64,000 bases of DNA from IMG/VR virus record IMGVR_UViG_3300021387_000008; one strand, given 5' to 3'. The translations under genes and the position numbers were made by a program. A model generated the notes under the pieces. The model did no database searches, was not told the DNA's origin, and saw only the letters and a program-made list of their open reading frames with translations. Source of the DNA: an uncultured virus (IMG/VR IMGVR_UViG_3300021387_000008) (lineage: Duplodnaviria > Heunggongvirae > Uroviricota > Caudoviricetes > Crassvirales). Shown in pieces: positions 46,259-57,509 of this stretch. Numbering within the stretch: the first letter of the stretch is position 1; every line of letters begins with the position of its first letter.

Positions 46259-47968
46259 TTAATATAAAATGTTACCACTATCTTGCATATATAAATCACT
46301 AAATATATCTTTACTTTCTTGTTTGTGTACATTATGCACACCTTTAAGAATTGTAGATATTAACTCATTAGCTTTATATTTTATAAACTCTTCAGATTGT
46401 CCTTTATATTTGCTAGCCATAGCTGCCATACATTTTGCGGCTACATTATTATAAAAATTAGTAGCACTCCATCCACCACTTCCAAAAACTTTAAAATATT
46501 CTTCGGTATATCCGTTTCCGTTGGGACCTACTTTTGTAGCAAGGTCGTAATATTCAATCATACGTTTAGCCATAACATCATTATCAAGAATATCAAGTAT
46601 TTGTGCCTTACCTACATTTTGAGTTATACCATTCTTATCTGTGTATATAGCAGAGTCTGTAGCTTGATTCCAACCGTCAATAGTTCCACCATCAGCACTT
46701 CTATAAATATGACCATAAGTTTGATGTTTAGCATATTGACGTTGAGCAGTTATTTGTGTATCATCTCTAAGGGCGTTCTCTGCTTGACTTCTAAAGAGGT
46801 CTTTTACAAAAAGCCTAATTGGTTTACTATCACCTACAACTTTACCGTCTGTATCAACTTTAGGGTCAATAACTAACATTGTACCAATGTCAAGACCGTT
46901 TGTTGCATGAGAATAATGAAGTCTTCCATCAGCTATAGCTTGATTAATCTCTACATCTATTTCAGATTTAGCAAGATTATCATCAAGAGGTTCAAGAACT
47001 TGAGAACCTTCGTTATCTTCATTCATAGCCCAAACATCATACTGAGAAAGAGATTTAGTTTGAAGAACTCTATTATATTTTTCTTCAAGAATTTCTCTCA
47101 TAGCCTTAAATGATTGCAAATCAAGAAGACCAGCACTAAAAGATTGCTGAAGTTGACGGTCATCTTCACCCATATAACCAGTAACAATCATTTCATTAAG
47201 GTAAGGCTTTATCTGTTTGGCTTGAAATAACTTAGCATAAACATCATTTGCATCATTTACAGCAGAAGTCATTTCATTAAACCGTCTAGCATCTAGATGA
47301 CGTCTAGTATTTAAGGCTCCTGCCTCACCAGGAGAATACATATTACCGTAATTATCTACAATTAAAGTACCTGCCTCAGCAGTAGGAGCACCTTCGTATG
47401 ATAATCCTCTATAATTATAAGCATCGGATAATGCTATGTCATCAGTATAATTAAAAGTTCCACTATCTCTTAAAGCATTATATATACCTATTTTATCAGT
47501 AACATCGCTTTTAAAAGATATAGAATAATTAGAACCTAATTCTATTCCTTTACTTCTAACTTTTTCTTCACTACCTCCTAAGCTTTTTATAAAAGAATTA
47601 TATTCTCGTTCGTCATTAAATGTGATATTTATATTACCATTATCATCAGCCATAGAATTCCAACCTCTCATAAATCTACTACTAGGAGAATCATATAAAG
47701 GATTAGATTCATCTGTACTAATATCACTTGCGACAGGACCAGTTGTGATAAAACGATATGCTCGTTTTATATTATCATCAGCTCCTTCTAGAAGTTTATC
47801 TTCTATATCAGCTTGTTCTTGAAACTTTTCCATAAGTTTAGTAGCTGTATCTCTAGTAGCATCATCTTTAAATGTAGTACTAGAAAGAAGTCCTACTAAA
47901 TCTCTATATTTATGTCTAGAAAGTAAATCAGAATATACTCTAGAAAAATCTTCACTATTGTTAATCAT
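46259..47968 (-). CDS. probable virion cargo protein
   Basis: 569 aa; position within the cargo gene block. Confidence 0.55.
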   Translation of the reverse strand: MINNSEDFSRVYSDLLSRHKYRDLVGLLSSTTFKDDATRDTATKLMEKFQEQADIEDKLLEGADDNIKRAYRFITTGPVASDISTDESNPLYDSPSSRFMRGWNSMADDNGNINITFNDEREYNSFIKSLGGSEEKVRSKGIELGSNYSISFKSDVTDKIGIYNALRDSGTFNYTDDIALSDAYNYRGLSYEGAPTAEAGTLIVDNYGNMYSPGEAGALNTRRHLDARRFNEMTSAVNDANDVYAKLFQAKQIKPYLNEMIVTGYMGEDDRQLQQSFSAGLLDLQSFKAMREILEEKYNRVLQTKSLSQYDVWAMNEDNEGSQVLEPLDDNLAKSEIDVEINQAIADGRLHYSHATNGLDIGTMLVIDPKVDTDGKVVGDSKPIRLFVKDLFRSQAENALRDDTQITAQRQYAKHQTYGHIYRSADGGTIDGWNQATDSAIYTDKNGITQNVGKAQILDILDNDVMAKRMIEYYDLATKVGPNGNGYTEEYFKVFGSGGWSATNFYNNVAAKCMAAMASKYKGQSEEFIKYKANELISTILKGVHNVHKQESKDIFSDLYMQDSGNILY

Positions 47969-47980
47969 AACTATAATATT

Positions 47981-49291
47981 TTATTGGTTTTGCCAAGGAG
48001 CAGTATAAGTAGAACCGCTAAAACTTTTTTCAAATATAGACAGAGCTTCTTTTCCAGCATTTGTTAAACTATTACTGTTTGTAGCTACATCTTTAAGAAT
48101 TGCTTGCTGTTCAATAGGACTAGACATACCATAAATTTCTGCTTGTCCTACAGTCATACCATAAGCTTCTGCTACAGTTTTATTCTTAAGGTAACCTTCG
48201 TTAAGTAATGTGCTACCACCTTCAGAACTATCTGCTACTTTACTATATTGCATAACTTTAAACATAGGATTAGCAATACTTCTAGCATAATTTTCTGCAC
48301 TAAGAAGACCACCTTGTTCGTCAGTAAGCTGAGAATATTGAATATCTGCATTAGCTTTAGCGTTTGCTCTTTCTTCTGCAGAAAGATTCATATCTTGAGA
48401 ACGCATAAGGTCTTGTTTATAAAGCCAAATATTATTCTGACGCTTTTGTTCAAACTGTCTTGCAGCTTCAGGATGCATACGTACCCAAGCATCATAAGCA
48501 TCAGCCCATTGTTGTGCAGTTACACCTGTTTCACTATGAGAACTTCCGCCACCACTAACAGTAGAGAATACTCCTCTAGCTTTACTAGCGTCAGTAGTCT
48601 GATTACCTTGAGCGTCAAGATATACTTGAGATGTTCCACCTCTACCAGATGTAGCTTTAGAACTAGGTGTTACTAAAGATTTAATTTCAGCCATTACTTG
48701 ACTAAGATTTAAATCTTTTACAGGTTCAAATTTTGCATTCCAAGCAGTACCTCCTATAATGTTTCCATTATCATCATAAGTATCTTGATAATTATAAGCA
48801 TTTTCATATCTAGCTCTAGCAAGGGTATCGCTATCAATTTCCCCTCTAGCAGCTCTGTTCTCAAGATTAGTAAGCCACTTTTCTCTAGCTTCGTGATATC
48901 TAACTCTACTAGTAACTTCAGGACTAGAAAGAGCTTCACCAGCCATACGAGTAGCTTCTTCTAAAGCAGCAGAATAATCTCCAAATTGTGCAGCTGCATC
49001 AATACGTTTAGAAATTCTGTTAGCGTAATCTGCTTTCCACTTATCTTCTTCAGGTCCTAATTTAAGATTACCTAAAGCAGACATAATAGCAGCACGTTGT
49101 TGGTCAGTCTTTTCTTTGCGTTCGTCAAGTGTTGCCAAAGACTTTTGAAGAGGAGTTACATCAAACTCTTTAGGAGCATAGACAAAAGGAGTAAAGGCTG
49201 CTGGGGTAAAACCACCAGCAGCTAATGACACATTAGGAATAGCACGTTGTCTATTCAAATTTTTATAATATCTATCTGAATAATTAGGCAT
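47981..49291 (-). CDS. probable virion cargo protein
   Basis: 436 aa, helical, FTPAAFTPFVYAP N-terminus; synteny. Confidence 0.55.
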   Translation of the reverse strand: MPNYSDRYYKNLNRQRAIPNVSLAAGGFTPAAFTPFVYAPKEFDVTPLQKSLATLDERKEKTDQQRAAIMSALGNLKLGPEEDKWKADYANRISKRIDAAAQFGDYSAALEEATRMAGEALSSPEVTSRVRYHEAREKWLTNLENRAARGEIDSDTLARARYENAYNYQDTYDDNGNIIGGTAWNAKFEPVKDLNLSQVMAEIKSLVTPSSKATSGRGGTSQVYLDAQGNQTTDASKARGVFSTVSGGGSSHSETGVTAQQWADAYDAWVRMHPEAARQFEQKRQNNIWLYKQDLMRSQDMNLSAEERANAKANADIQYSQLTDEQGGLLSAENYARSIANPMFKVMQYSKVADSSEGGSTLLNEGYLKNKTVAEAYGMTVGQAEIYGMSSPIEQQAILKDVATNSNSLTNAGKEALSIFEKSFSGSTYTAPWQNQ

Positions 49292-49303
49292 AATAATAAA
49301 CTT

Positions 49304-51373
49304 TTATACTAATTTAAAACCTCGTTTACTAGCTATATTGTTTATTTGTCTAGCTAATCTCTTCTTAGTATCCTCATCTTTAGCAGCATTGTATTGTGCT
49401 ATAAGAGCATCATATTGTTGTTTAGCCTCACCTCTAGATGCTAAGGTAGCATAATAAGAAGCTTGACTATCAGAACCAGCACCAAGTAAAGCACTAGCAA
49501 TCTTAGCTTTTCTATCAGCCATTGCACTTAGGCTACTAGTAAATCCTTGTGTTCCACCAAGCAGAGCGTTAGCCCAAGCCTGAGCATTAGAAGTTTGAGC
49601 AGCAGACATTGTATTAGCACTATTAATAGCTCCTTCAGAAAGAGCACCTGCTGCACCAAGAATCTTCTGATTATTAATATCATTGTTATATTGTAAAGCA
49701 TCAAGGTATGCACTAGCATATTCTCTATTGGCTTGAGTAGCAAGCTGAGCATTAAGTTCTGTAGCTCTACTAACTCTTTCAGCATTATCTTGACGAATAT
49801 TCTGCATTTGCTTTTGGTCTTCAGAATAAACAGTATTTCTAGCATCTTGTGCATTTACTTCAGCTTCAGCCATTCTTTGTTGAGCAGCAGCGCCACTAGC
49901 AGAATATTTGCCAGCATTAGCTAAAGTTCTTTGAAGACTTCTATCAATTTTAGAAATACCTTGTTGAGCAAAACTTACAGGAGCTTGAAGAGCAGGCATT
50001 GCATGAGCAGCAGCATAATCTTCTTTACGAATTGAACTCATATCAATACCAGTAAGAGAATTATAAGCATCTCTCATAATACCAGCAGCTTGATTCTGTG
50101 CATCAGCAATAGTTCTAGCAGCAGACCTATTAGCAGCAGAAGTAATCCAAGCACCACCTATATTTCCTAATGCTCCAATCCCAGAAGAAAGAACATCAAC
50201 ATTTCCTAAAACGTTACCTACAGCAGATGCTGCTCTACCAAGACCTCTACCTACAGAACTTATTCCTCTACCAATTGAACCAAAAAGTCTATTAAAGAAG
50301 CTAGGCTTAGAACTAGAAGATGAAGATGAAGTAGAATTTGTACCATAATAATTAGTTCTTCCACCTGTACCTGGACCTCCATTATCTAATCGTTTACGAC
50401 CACCACATTTAAGACTTCTTTTTCTGTTTGTAACTTGAGAAGCTACACCTACAGTAGTATCACCAACAGTATCAACACCCATTTGTGGACCTATTTGATT
50501 ATACATAGTATAAAGAGAATTAGGTTCTCCACCAAGTAGTTTCTTTTCTACGGGGGTGCTATTATGCTTACCGTCGTCACTAATACCATTAGCAGCTTTA
50601 AGTTGTTCTTGAATAGCATAAGCTTGCAAAGGATGCATACCACCTTTAACCATCTTAGCAGGATTGAATCCAGCAATAGAATGTTTGCTTATAAAGTAAG
50701 CATTATCGGGAGTGTTTACCATAATCTCACCTTGATTAGTATTTTGATTACCTTCTCCTTCAATTACATTACCGTCAGCAAACTTAATACCAACACCAGT
50801 CTTATTCTTACCACCTTGAGCTTTATGATAATGTTCGTGGTCGTTACCTACAATTTCGTAAAGGTCATAGCCTTCAGGCGTAGTACCAATAGGAATTACA
50901 GTACCACCGTCAGTAACAACAAAAGGCATATTCTCGCTCCCCCGTAGAAGAGAAGGAGATTTGCCTGCAAGACGTAGTTTGCGTTTAGTACTACCACCAT
51001 TTTTAACTTGTATTTTACTAGCTTCAAGTCTATCATTAACATTTTGTTGACCTGTAAGCATTTGTAATTGAAGTTGAATATCTTTTTGAAGTTCACGATT
51101 CTCAGCATTTTGTTCTTTAACAAATTCTTGAGATTCTTGTTGCAGTTCTTTAGACCTAGCACTTTGGTCTTTTATAGCTTGAGCTTGACGTTGAGCAGAT
51201 TGAATAGTAGCTTTAGCTTGGTCTTGTGCTGCTTTTTTAGTAGCACTAGCTCCAATAGCTGAGGCTGCCATAGTACCTGCTACATTTATACCTGCAGCAG
51301 CAAGAATGGCTGCTTCTTGAGAACCAAAAATAGCCTTACGTCTACCACCATTTTTTAATTTTCTTATAGCCAT
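49304..51373 (-). CDS. virion cargo/ejection protein with hydrophobic helices
   Basis: 689 aa; Ala/Gly-rich membrane-type segments, coiled coil, repeated basic-xxx-GG motifs; follows the muzzle gene. Confidence 0.65.
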   Translation of the reverse strand: MAIRKLKNGGRRKAIFGSQEAAILAAAGINVAGTMAASAIGASATKKAAQDQAKATIQSAQRQAQAIKDQSARSKELQQESQEFVKEQNAENRELQKDIQLQLQMLTGQQNVNDRLEASKIQVKNGGSTKRKLRLAGKSPSLLRGSENMPFVVTDGGTVIPIGTTPEGYDLYEIVGNDHEHYHKAQGGKNKTGVGIKFADGNVIEGEGNQNTNQGEIMVNTPDNAYFISKHSIAGFNPAKMVKGGMHPLQAYAIQEQLKAANGISDDGKHNSTPVEKKLLGGEPNSLYTMYNQIGPQMGVDTVGDTTVGVASQVTNRKRSLKCGGRKRLDNGGPGTGGRTNYYGTNSTSSSSSSSKPSFFNRLFGSIGRGISSVGRGLGRAASAVGNVLGNVDVLSSGIGALGNIGGAWITSAANRSAARTIADAQNQAAGIMRDAYNSLTGIDMSSIRKEDYAAAHAMPALQAPVSFAQQGISKIDRSLQRTLANAGKYSASGAAAQQRMAEAEVNAQDARNTVYSEDQKQMQNIRQDNAERVSRATELNAQLATQANREYASAYLDALQYNNDINNQKILGAAGALSEGAINSANTMSAAQTSNAQAWANALLGGTQGFTSSLSAMADRKAKIASALLGAGSDSQASYYATLASRGEAKQQYDALIAQYNAAKDEDTKKRLARQINNIASKRGFKLV

Positions 51374-51376
51374 ATT

Positions 51377-54300
51377 TTAATATTGATTAGAATTTACACT
51401 TACTTCTTCAAATTTAATAGGTCTATTCTTTATAAAATCAAAAACTAATATAAAGTATTTACCATAAACAAGAGAGTTATTATCAGTATTAGGATGTCTT
51501 GTGACAGTCTGTCCACCAGCAACAGGTTCATTAACTCCTGGCTGATTAGGATACTGATAAATATTTGTATCGTCAAGTGCGTTTCTGAAATAGTTAGTAT
51601 TCCAACTTCCCATATCAAATTTGAAGCCTTTATAATCGTCAGGATTAGCAGGTCTTTGTGCATCATTAACATCACCACTTACAGGAGTAGAAACACATCT
51701 ATCAGTTATAACATAGAACTTACTTACAGGATTAGTTCTAGTTATTTGAGGGAATTTAATTACTTCATAATTAGTTTTCTCATCATAATTATCTTTAACT
51801 ACATCACCTATATATTTTAAATAGTTAACTGCTTCTCTATAAGCCTCTTGTGGAAATACAACAACGGCAATATTGAAAGGAGAAGATTGAACTTCTTGTC
51901 CATCAGCCCCAAATTGAATAAAGCAAACTGTTGTAGCATTACCATAAATCCTATAGATATTCATATTTTGATTGAGAACAGTGTTATCTATTGTCTTAGT
52001 AGGAACAAATAACTGAGATAAACCAAGACTATTACTTCTCTTATAAGAGTACGATAGATACCTACTATGGAAAGCATTAACAAGACTCAAATCATGAAGA
52101 GATACAAAACTCTTAGATTTATAGTTATAACTTATAGTGAAAGTCTTATAAGTACCAGCAGTTTTATCTGTTGTAAATTCAAATAGTACTCTATGATTTG
52201 CATCATCGTGCAGAGTTCTACAATAAGTAGGTTTGTAGTAACAAAGAAGTTTATAAATGCTAGCATCAATAAGTTGTACTTGACTATTACCTCCATAAGC
52301 AAAGATATGGTTACTCATTGCGTCATAGAAGATATAAGAATCAAAAGTTATACAACCAGCTTCTTTATTATAGATACCACCATAACCATACTCAGAATCA
52401 AATAATTGAGTAACACCAGTTTCAAAAGGTTCAGATTCTTGAAGGGTTATATCATTATTTGATGCAGCTATAGTTTGATTACCATCAAATTTATAGAAAG
52501 CTGTCTTAGTATGAACAAAGATATTAGTACCTATTGCAAACAAGTTTACAATGATACCTCTATCTGTTGGAACATTATAATAATCTTCTGCACTAAATTT
52601 GAATATAGAATTATTAAATGTTTCATCAGAAAGAACATGACTAACTCTTACAGTATTATCAAAGTCTATCTTATAATCTGTGTCGTAAGGTCTAAAATAT
52701 TTATTAGAAAAATCCTTATACATAGATTTAAGTTCATAAATAAAACTAAGTGTAGCAGAGTTAATAACTTTTGCTACTTGTTTTACTCCAGAAGAAGCTT
52801 TTCCTACAGCAAATAATCTATCACTTATATCCTCTGTTAAAGATAAATAATTAAGATTAAAATTACTTCTTATACAATATCTAGCACTATCTTGTTGTTG
52901 AATATAGTAATCAAAGTCTTTAAGAGTTAGACCATTACTTCTATCAGCTGCATACACATCATTGCCAGAGCAATAAGCAGAACTAGACAAATCAAAACTA
53001 GGTTTCTTTATTAAACAAAAATAAGAATTATAAAATCCATTATCTATAGTAACAAAACCATCAATATCAGCAGTAGCTAAATTATCAGTATCAGCTAACT
53101 TAATATATGGAGTAGCTTTAATTAATTTATTATTAAATTCACTAGAAGTATCTTTACTTATAGAAACATAAAATTTATAATTTGTATAATCTTCATTATT
53201 TTCTATGTCCCAACAAATAAAACCACAATTACCAAAAGCTATAATAGGTGTTGAATGTCCACTAGTATAGTATTTTGCTTTGTCAGTAATAGGAGAAACT
53301 GTACCTTGTAAATTTACACCTATAATAGTTATATTATCATTAATATTATATAATAACGCATCAGCTTCTAAACATTGTAATATATGAAGTTTAGTATCAC
53401 CATAAATATATTTTTGATAAGCAAAACATTCTATAATAGTATTACCTATATTAGCAATAGATAAAAAGAATAATTTATATTTTGTATCATTATCAAGACC
53501 AGTTATTTTATATCTTAATTTTAATAAATCTACATTATTATAATTATTATCTACATTTATATTGTCTATAAAAACTCCATTAGATATAATATTACTTTCA
53601 TCTACAAAATGCGCATATACAGCATATCTAGATAAAGGCATTAATGTAGAAGATTGAGAATATGATGCTAATGTATCAGTAGAAGTAATATATTTATTAT
53701 TAACAGATATAGTAGCTATAGAAATATAATTACAAGATTTTAAAGTAACATAAAATCTTTTATTATAATTATTATCATCGTTTTTACCTATATCTTCAGG
53801 AGATTCTACTTTAAATTCACAAGATTTAAATACAATAGATATATTATTAAGTTTAACCTCTTCAGTTGAACCAGTATCAGCGTTTTCTAATTCTAAAATA
53901 AGAACATTATTCTCATCTACACCAACAACCTTAGTTGAAATTATGTTTCGTAATATATCATTTAAATCAGATTTCATATCCACACCACTGTTTTTATAAT
54001 TTATATTACCAGCAGCTTCAAAAGGATATATAGGAACATTATTTGAACTATCAGCTACATAATTATTATTATTAAAATTAGCATCTAAATCTATATTATA
54101 AATATTAGTTCCTGATGTAATATAACAATAACCATAGAAAAATCTATTATATCTAGCTATTTCTTTTTCACTATTACTTCTTATAAAATTATAACTAGCG
54201 TCAGTAAATCCAACATTTCTACTAAGCCAAGTTTTTTCATAACTATCATATGGCTGTCCTGTAGTTTTATTAAAAGGAACTACATGATTTTTAGAATACT

Positions 54301-55849
54301 CTAAATATGCAGTGTCATCATCATATATAGAGCTATAGCAAAATGTTAAATTTTTAGAATACCAAGGATGAGCAGGATTTTTAGGAGCAAATCTCCAATA
54401 ATGGTCGTGCATATCAAAATCTACGTTAACCAATCCTATAAGACCTCCATCAAAAGATAAATCAAAACTTTCTCCAAAAATCTTTTCACCATATATATTA
54501 TTTACCATGTTATGAATAGCCATAAGGTCAGGGTCATAATCAGCATCCCATTTTAAATCAAAATGAATAATGTCTTCTCTTTCGCTTATATCTCCTTTAC
54601 TAAAATTATTAAATTTATAATCAAGAATGTCAGAATTAGCAGGATTAGAAATAAAATTAGCTATAGTTTGTGTAGGATGTATATTATCTCCTGTATAAAC
54701 TTCATCAAAATAACCTTTTTTATTATTATATATTAATGGTTTATTTTTCCATTTAATATCTCTAGGAGAAACATTGTCATCTCTTTCTTCTGAAGTATGA
54801 GCATAATCAACACTAAACTTTTTAGCTAAAGATAATAATTCACTAGAATTAAAATTACTTTCTTTATAATTGGAAATATAAAGTTTATTTTTAAAAGATG
54901 TAATATTACGAACATTATAAAGTTCATAAGTAGTTTCAAGCAAATCATCAATATTAGCTTCTTCTACTTCATCATAATCGAAATAAATATCGCCACCATC
55001 AGGATTAAACTGAGTCATATCAAAGTGTTTCCACATACGAGCATCAGTAGCTTCATCATGAGTAATAATAAATCCTAATTGAAACTCTTTATAAGAAGCA
55101 ATATTAGTAGTCTGAGCAAAGTCTAAATGAAATATAAAAGATTTGGCAGAATCTCTATGAAGATTAATATATTCCAATCCTCCTTGAAGAGTTGTTATAT
55201 TTTCAGAAGTTCCAGCAAAAATAGGACAACTACAAAGAAACCAATTAGTATACACATCTTTTCTAATTTTATATCTAATAAAGAAAACATATGTACCATT
55301 AGGAATAGCTTTTGAATAAGTATCTTTAAGAATTAAATTTGCAGTAGGACATTTAGGAGCTTGGCAATAAAGACTTTCATCGCTTACTACTACATTACTA
55401 CTATTTTTTATTTTAGGAAACTTAAGATTTATATGTTTCAAAGGAACATTACCGTCATCTTTATACTCACCAATAGTGAGAATTTTCTCACCACTTTGAT
55501 TAGTATTAACATAACCATCTATTTCTCCACCATTATAACTCCAATGAGTATCTAATGTAATAGATGTTTCTTCTACCTCATCATATTCTACAATTTCATC
55601 TATATAATATGTAACAGGAGGATCATCTTCTGTTTTATGTTCAGTATGACAAAAGAAGTATATTTTATTATTGAGCCCTACAATATGACCTACAATAGTT
55701 TTATCAGACAATGCAGTAATATCTTTATAACCATAATCAGATACAAGATTACCATCATCATCTATCTTCATATTCCTAGCAAAAGCAAGACTGCCATCTT
55801 CAGCAGTCTGAGGACTCATATTTAAGTATAACTTTGGTTTAACTTTCAT
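51377..55849 (-). CDS. tail muzzle/stabilisation protein (P22 gp10-like)
   Basis: 1490 aa; N-terminal LNM..SLAFARNM, G.Y.FFIRY and NKLYISNY motifs; crAss synteny. Confidence 0.7.
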   Translation of the reverse strand: MKVKPKLYLNMSPQTAEDGSLAFARNMKIDDDGNLVSDYGYKDITALSDKTIVGHIVGLNNKIYFFCHTEHKTEDDPPVTYYIDEIVEYDEVEETSITLDTHWSYNGGEIDGYVNTNQSGEKILTIGEYKDDGNVPLKHINLKFPKIKNSSNVVVSDESLYCQAPKCPTANLILKDTYSKAIPNGTYVFFIRYKIRKDVYTNWFLCSCPIFAGTSENITTLQGGLEYINLHRDSAKSFIFHLDFAQTTNIASYKEFQLGFIITHDEATDARMWKHFDMTQFNPDGGDIYFDYDEVEEANIDDLLETTYELYNVRNITSFKNKLYISNYKESNFNSSELLSLAKKFSVDYAHTSEERDDNVSPRDIKWKNKPLIYNNKKGYFDEVYTGDNIHPTQTIANFISNPANSDILDYKFNNFSKGDISEREDIIHFDLKWDADYDPDLMAIHNMVNNIYGEKIFGESFDLSFDGGLIGLVNVDFDMHDHYWRFAPKNPAHPWYSKNLTFCYSSIYDDDTAYLEYSKNHVVPFNKTTGQPYDSYEKTWLSRNVGFTDASYNFIRSNSEKEIARYNRFFYGYCYITSGTNIYNIDLDANFNNNNYVADSSNNVPIYPFEAAGNINYKNSGVDMKSDLNDILRNIISTKVVGVDENNVLILELENADTGSTEEVKLNNISIVFKSCEFKVESPEDIGKNDDNNYNKRFYVTLKSCNYISIATISVNNKYITSTDTLASYSQSSTLMPLSRYAVYAHFVDESNIISNGVFIDNINVDNNYNNVDLLKLRYKITGLDNDTKYKLFFLSIANIGNTIIECFAYQKYIYGDTKLHILQCLEADALLYNINDNITIIGVNLQGTVSPITDKAKYYTSGHSTPIIAFGNCGFICWDIENNEDYTNYKFYVSISKDTSSEFNNKLIKATPYIKLADTDNLATADIDGFVTIDNGFYNSYFCLIKKPSFDLSSSAYCSGNDVYAADRSNGLTLKDFDYYIQQQDSARYCIRSNFNLNYLSLTEDISDRLFAVGKASSGVKQVAKVINSATLSFIYELKSMYKDFSNKYFRPYDTDYKIDFDNTVRVSHVLSDETFNNSIFKFSAEDYYNVPTDRGIIVNLFAIGTNIFVHTKTAFYKFDGNQTIAASNNDITLQESEPFETGVTQLFDSEYGYGGIYNKEAGCITFDSYIFYDAMSNHIFAYGGNSQVQLIDASIYKLLCYYKPTYCRTLHDDANHRVLFEFTTDKTAGTYKTFTISYNYKSKSFVSLHDLSLVNAFHSRYLSYSYKRSNSLGLSQLFVPTKTIDNTVLNQNMNIYRIYGNATTVCFIQFGADGQEVQSSPFNIAVVVFPQEAYREAVNYLKYIGDVVKDNYDEKTNYEVIKFPQITRTNPVSKFYVITDRCVSTPVSGDVNDAQRPANPDDYKGFKFDMGSWNTNYFRNALDDTNIYQYPNQPGVNEPVAGGQTVTRHPNTDNNSLVYGKYFILVFDFIKNRPIKFEEVSVNSNQY

Positions 55850-55852
55850 ATC

Positions 55853-56596
55853 TTAACCTCTAGGTAAAAAAGTACTATTATAAAAGAAGTTATTCCAACC
55901 TTCAGTGTTAGCAAGTTTTCCTTTAACAGAAGCTGCTGCCTTAGGTCTAAGATTATTCCACTGAACAAGAGGATTTATTACAGCGTTAGGAGATTTCAAA
56001 TCATATACAGGATGCTTACTACCTCTGCTAAGATATTTAAACATACAATACCAAGCAAGAGCTTCAAGCAAAAGACCATCATCATAAATGTAAGGACATT
56101 CACAATCATAGTAATCATCGTGATATGTTGCAACCTCAAATGTTTCTACTGTAATACTATCGGTATCAAAACTTAAATCTATATTATTTCCATCAAGAAG
56201 AAAGTTTCTACCATTAGGACTTACAATATCAGCAACTTGTGTTGTTTCCCAACCATTTGGAGCTTTAGGATTTGTGATAGCAATTTGCTCCCCCGTAGAA
56301 GGAATTGTGGACTTAGGACACTTGCAATCTTTTTCTCTATTAAAAGCAGGTATTTCAACACCGTTACTATCAAAAACACGAAGTTCCTCTGCATTGATAG
56401 TGCAGGGGAATTGCGCAATTCTATTAGAAACCTCAAGCTTTCTACGTTTACGTTCCATAGGTAGAACTTTCATTTGAGAAAGAGCATCTATAGTCCACGC
56501 AGCTACTCTAGGAATCCAATCACTTTCACTAATATTAAAATCATTATCGATTTTTCCTATTAGCCTTTGGAGTGTGAGCTGATTGTTGAGCTTCAT
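55853..56596 (-). CDS. tail ring/tubular protein
   Basis: 247 aa; P.IYD..LLEALAWYC; lies between muzzle and IHF-like gene as in crAss-like phages. Confidence 0.6.
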   Translation of the reverse strand: MKLNNQLTLQRLIGKIDNDFNISESDWIPRVAAWTIDALSQMKVLPMERKRRKLEVSNRIAQFPCTINAEELRVFDSNGVEIPAFNREKDCKCPKSTIPSTGEQIAITNPKAPNGWETTQVADIVSPNGRNFLLDGNNIDLSFDTDSITVETFEVATYHDDYYDCECPYIYDDGLLLEALAWYCMFKYLSRGSKHPVYDLKSPNAVINPLVQWNNLRPKAAASVKGKLANTEGWNNFFYNSTFLPRG

Positions 56597-57497
56597 TTCT
56601 TATAAAATTTAAATATAAAATATTATCAGTTTCTAAACAAAGTTTAAGCTTAAGTTTGACATCAACAGGAAGTTCACAAATCTTATTTAAATCTCTATCG
56701 CATTCATTGATAAGTTGTTCATTTGTCTTTCCTTTAACATGACGTCTAGCAAAAGTAGGAGTTAATCTATATTTCTCTCCAGTATTAAGTCTGCAATTTA
56801 TAAGTGGCATTTCGTAACAAACTTCACCACTAAGATAAACTCTGTAATCTACACCGTTATAATCTGCACCAATACTCTTTGCGTATTCAGCTTCTTCTTT
56901 GTTCCAAAGTCTTTTACCTTCAGCAACAAGTTTTTGTTTATTAAGTTTTGTTGCATTGTAATCAAGATGCTTACGTTTGCCTTCAACAATTTTACATCTG
57001 TTGATACAAGTCCAACCTATAGGACTTTCGAATACATAACCATAACCATCTATTATAAGTTTCTTATGAACTTCATTATAGAACGCTTGAAGAATTTTTT
57101 GATATTGGTCAAGAGTTACATCAAGCATCTTTTCATATACATCTATTTGATGTTTAAGTTTATGTAATTCTTTTTGTTTACGAGCTAGTTTATAAATATT
57201 ATAAGCAGGATTTGTTGCAATATATGCTTTCTTTCTATTTAAAAACAATTCCTTAGCACTGTCATAAAAAGTTCCGTTAATGTATTTATTTTCTACAAAC
57301 TCAGGAATCTGCATAAGGTCAAGTTTATAAACAGTTTTGTATGTTTCAGCTTTTAACTTAATATCATCATAAAGAGCTCTTTCTTCAACAAGTCCTTTCT
57401 CATAATCATCAACTGCTTTTTCATATTTAGGTCCAATAGCATCTTTCATACTTTTATAATAGACCCTGAAATTAGTTGGAATTTCTTTTATAGCCAT
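56544..57497 (-). CDS. conserved crAss tail-region protein (often annotated IHF-like)
   Basis: 317 aa; YQKILQAFYNEV.KKLIIDGY.Y..PIG..DYNATK motif; synteny. Confidence 0.5.
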   Translation of the reverse strand: MAIKEIPTNFRVYYKSMKDAIGPKYEKAVDDYEKGLVEERALYDDIKLKAETYKTVYKLDLMQIPEFVENKYINGTFYDSAKELFLNRKKAYIATNPAYNIYKLARKQKELHKLKHQIDVYEKMLDVTLDQYQKILQAFYNEVHKKLIIDGYGYVFESPIGWTCINRCKIVEGKRKHLDYNATKLNKQKLVAEGKRLWNKEEAEYAKSIGADYNGVDYRVYLSGEVCYEMPLINCRLNTGEKYRLTPTFARRHVKGKTNEQLINECDRDLNKICELPVDVKLKLKLCLETDNILYLNFIRNEAQQSAHTPKANRKNR

Positions 57498-57509
57498 AAT
57501 AATCTAAGA

